Part shown: piece by piece, positions 60,639 to 64,000 of the stretch
How positions within the stretch are numbered: position 1 is the stretch's first letter
How the letters are laid out: each line of letters starts with the position of its first letter
Assembly: GCF_964204645.1 (NCBI RefSeq)
Contig: NC_134031.1
Span: 5,642,001-5,706,000 of the forward strand
DNA from: Tubulanus polymorphus
Lineage: Eukaryota; Animalia; Nemertea
Direction of reading: 5' to 3'
Length of the DNA stretch: 64,000 nt
Translations under genes and position numbers: made by a program
Notes under the pieces: model-generated
What the model was told of the DNA's origin: nothing
Database searches by the model: none
What the model saw: only the letters and a program-made list of their open reading frames with translations

Positions 60639-62488
60639 CTGTTCTTCGTCGTCTTCTAGTTGCGTACATGAATACGTAAATAGTCCGAGCATTGCTAGAA
60701 AAAGTAACAATATAATCCAGCGAAACACTTTATGATCGATCAACCTGAAATAAGGGCCGCCGAAAAATCGAACCAGAAGCATTTTCTTTTTTTCCGCGGG
60801 AACATCGGCAGTCGAATCCGCCGTATCCGGTACAACGTTCGGAAAGTCCACAACTGCGTTACTGTGCAGACAGGTTTCAATCGGTTCTAACTGTTTTTCC
60901 TGCGGCCGAGAGACGATCATTTCATCGAGGTTGAAAGCTTTATTTTCAATTCCAAACTTTTCCGTCGTTTCGTGGTCGAGCGATAATTTCTTGTACGCTA
61001 AAATCGACGGCAATTTAGATTGCGCATTTTTACCATCGGTTAATGAATATCGTTTTGTCCTCTGCTCTTCTTTCTGCGTTTTCCCTGAAAGCCGATTTTG
61101 GCCGATGTTTTCTATTTGATTCGAGTTAAGTTCGAAATTTGCGCACGGTCCTTTACAACAGCAACAACAACCGCATCGGCAGCAGCAACTACCGCACCTT
61201 CCTTCAAATTTTAGATGATAGATTATGATAACCGCGGGAAAGAACGTTATTACTGTTAAATAGTTAACTATTATTAGCAGCCCAGAAAATACGCCAAAAG
61301 ATTGGACCATCAACAGCGGTGAAAAAGCGCTGATGAAAAAAGCAATCATCGTTGTCAACGACGTAGCAAACATGGCGCCCGCCGCGCGCCTATACGCGTC
61401 GGACAGACGATGTTCCAAACTGGGATATCGTTTGAACTCCGTCGACCGCCAGGTGTCGTAGAATATGAACATGTCATCGGCGCCGATGCCGATAATGATG
61501 AAAATGGACAGAATATGGAACAAGCCGAAATACTGATAGCCGAACACGATTCGGTAAATCAGGTTCGAGATGACGAAACTGGAAAATACCCCGATCATAC
61601 CCCAGAACGATACCCAGGTTGACCTGGTATGAAACACAAGAAAGAATGCTATGAACAGAAAACTTCCGGCGGTCAAGGCCAAATCTTTATATGCTTGCGT
61701 TCGTATATCAGCAACGTATATCTTATCTTCAAAATAGTAAAGGCCTATGTGGCTCTCAAACCGATCCCTGAGATCTTCGATCAATGCGCGGAATTCTTTC
61801 TTCAGATAATTAAGGGCTATTTCTTTTAATTGAAACTGCGTGATCGAATGACGACTTCGATGTCCGTCGATCGGGGCTCCGGACGTGAAGAAACTTCTTA
61901 ACATTTTCGACCGGACCGGCGATCCCTCAACGACTTGACTATCGCTACCTAAATGCAATATAATTCCATTTCTTGTCTGGCTGTTGTTAAATGCCGATTT
62001 TATGACGTCATCGATATTATCGAAGTTTGGGTCGTAAAACACAGCGGATACTTTTTCATAAGTACCGTCGAAGAATCGAAGAACTGATGTAGGTTTGTCG
62101 CAGCTTTTATTCTGCAACAATCTACAATAGATTTTCCATTGAGGCTCATTGAATAGCTCGTTTTCAATATCTCGCATTCGTTTCAGCTGATCTCTAGTGA
62201 GCATGTTCTTCCGCACGGTCAGATCTTCGTAGTAAAGTTCGACGATTCTGTCCGGGAAACCCCGCGTCCACAGAGGCAACGACTTGTAATGGTCTATCGT
62301 GTATCTGTCGTGAAATCTGATTATGTCTCGGGAGTTGCGGTGGCGCCAGGTTTCGGCGGATTTGTAGGACTGGTGGTCGTGAAGGCTGACCGGAATCGAC
62401 TCGAAATCGATCGGCAGAACGTTGTATCCGATTCCGTAGAGAATTCCCGTGAACGCGGCGAAGAAAACGTGAAACGAAAGAAACAAAA
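60639..62488 (-). CDS. Dispatched-like transporter, exon 2 (TM1, first extracellular domain, sterol-sensing domain, cytoplasmic loop, TM7)
   Basis: ttgcag acceptor at 62489, 1850 nt, GTATGC donor, phase 1/0. Contains FIIIGIGADDMFIFYDTW (GxxxDD) and AMFATSLTTMIAF...FGVFSG, typical of the Dispatched/Patched SSD. Confidence 0.95.
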
Positions 62489-62538
62489 CTGCAACGAAAG
62501 AAACAGAAAAAAGCATGGTTATTTCATCATGAGTACAG

Positions 62539-63147
62539 CATGGGCGTCCCAGGGATTTTTTTTTTTTTGGGGGGGGGGGGTTCGTTTCTAGGATCCTGCC
62601 CCAGAAAACTTTTGAAAATTTCGTGCAAACAGGCGCGTTCTGGTGCAATCCGAGGCCGTCCGATCACGGGCCAATTTACCATTCGGCAGCAATTTCTATA
62701 GAGAGCGCTTATTCCAAACCGAGATCGCAGAATTGTGAAACGATAGGTAGACTGGTTCCCCTTTACTTTGCATGTATCGATTTCATTTTGCTTATTTAGC
62801 CATGTGCCGACGTTCGTCGACGTTTGAAAATTCATAAAAGGGGGTTCGTTCGAACTACCGAGCCCCGCTCGGGACGCCCATGACTCTCGACAAAGCTAAC
62901 GGGGTTTTCGGTACAGAATTCAGGCGGGGACATATTCCGAACAGGTTAATGAATATATGTATGTATAGCACACATGGGATTTTCTATACTAACGCCGTCT
63001 CTTTATCTTATATTCAAATTATCAATATGATGTCGCGTCTTGAGGAGTACCTACGATCCGGCAGACGATGTGCCGACGTTCGTCAACGTTTGAAAACTCA
63101 AAAAGGGTGTTCGTTCGTACTACTGGACCCTCCTAGGGACGCCCATG
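62539..63147. mobile_element. TIR element(s) CATGGGCGTCCC...GGGACGCCCATG in Dispatched-like intron 1, right end present twice
   Basis: Left TIR at 62539; right TIRs end at 62882 and 63147; ~80-bp direct repeat 62802-62882 vs 63068-63147. Confidence 0.7.
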
Positions 63148-63221
63148 GTACGAGCACTTGAATTGAAATTCTTCGCGATTTCTCGCTTAGATAAGTTGAG
63201 AAATAAGCTTAAATGAATTAC

Positions 63222-63834
63222 CAAAGAAAAGGACCGGTTTTCGTATCATCCATTTGCACAAAATCATAGCATCTTCGGTTTCCTCCGTAGCGGGATCGAT
63301 GATACTATCGGTACGATTGGGTTCGGTAGAATTTCGTGTCTGAGATTTCGTTTTAGTGGATGATTCATCGTTTTCTGTATCACAGTTTTTGACTAATACT
63401 TCCGGTATGAATACTGTGTAAACTGGAATATTTTCGTCAGCAGTTCCTCCCTGATCGCCTTCGTCCGACACTTTTACATCGCCTACGTTTACATGACCAT
63501 TTGCTGTATTTTCATTTGGATCTTTACTCTTGATTCCAGTAACTACCTCATTTTTTTCTACATCTGCGGATGTTCCATGATCTGAACTTCTGTTTACTAT
63601 ATCTCCCTCACGTTCACCGAGAGCACTATCAACGTCTTCGACATCTAGATCTCGTTCGATTGTCGGGACATGTATACGTGGTGCTATTTCTTTCACGGGT
63701 ACGTACGACATTTCATCGTCTACGCGGATTACGGGACATGCTGTACTAGCACCGACTCGCGCTTCATCCCGCAACGTGCTCTGAAAGACGGCGGTTTTAG
63801 TAGTTCGATCGTCTGTCTGACATGAAGACGCCAT
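63222..63834 (-). CDS. Dispatched-like RND/SSD transporter, coding exon 1 (acidic N-terminal cytoplasmic region)
   Basis: ATG at 63834 (MASSCQTDD...KWMIRKPVLFF+G), GTAATT donor, 613 nt, phase 1, in frame with the next exon. An additional upstream exon cannot be excluded. Confidence 0.8.
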
Positions 63835-64000
63835 TTTCAAAATAATTTCGGCGTCAAAACTACAAAAAAGGAGAGTTCAATCGCTTAGTCAGTGAGTGAA
63901 ATGAAACGCTTAACTTATTCATTATATAAAGAACGTTTTCGACATGTCTTGATCAATTACTTACATAATATCCCCCGACAGCGATCGCAAAAAAATACTA

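Noticed and set aside
62489-62648. N-terminal extension of the 672-aa ORF (MHQNAPV...PPPPKKKK...)
   Set aside because: It runs through the intronic MITE and its T/G homopolymers. The true acceptor (ttgcag) is at 62489 and matches the phase of exon 1.

Overview
This is animal (bilaterian, probably lophotrochozoan-like invertebrate) genomic DNA, so most entries in the six-frame ORF track are spurious. Two spliced protein-coding genes can be assembled by hand on the minus strand with GT-AG junctions and consistent phases. (1) The 5' half of an Eph receptor tyrosine kinase: six coding exons between 30395 and 3164 encoding the signal peptide, ligand-binding domain, Sushi/EGF Cys-rich region and first FN3; the rest of the gene lies off the left edge. 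(2) A complete 10-exon Dispatched-like RND/sterol-sensing-domain transporter (63834-56956; 3876 nt, 1291 aa). Four tRNA genes lie between them: Arg-TCG, Trp-CCA and two identical Asn-GTT. Introns and the intergenic region contain many non-autonomous transposon remnants. The most unusual observation is a family of ultra-short (25-61 bp) hairpin elements, CATGGA...TCCATG, flanked by 7-bp target-site duplications and forming small tandem arrays at a shared target. Other notable items are about six minimal hammerhead-ribozyme motifs of the Penelope pLTR type, a TIR element carrying telomere-like repeats inserted into one of them, and a decayed duplication of the Dispatched-like 3' end plus tRNA-Asn that leaves a potential 'ALESL-stop' alternative last exon. 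All coordinates were counted by eye. Exon and tRNA ends were checked by phase/length arithmetic; repeat ends are approximate.
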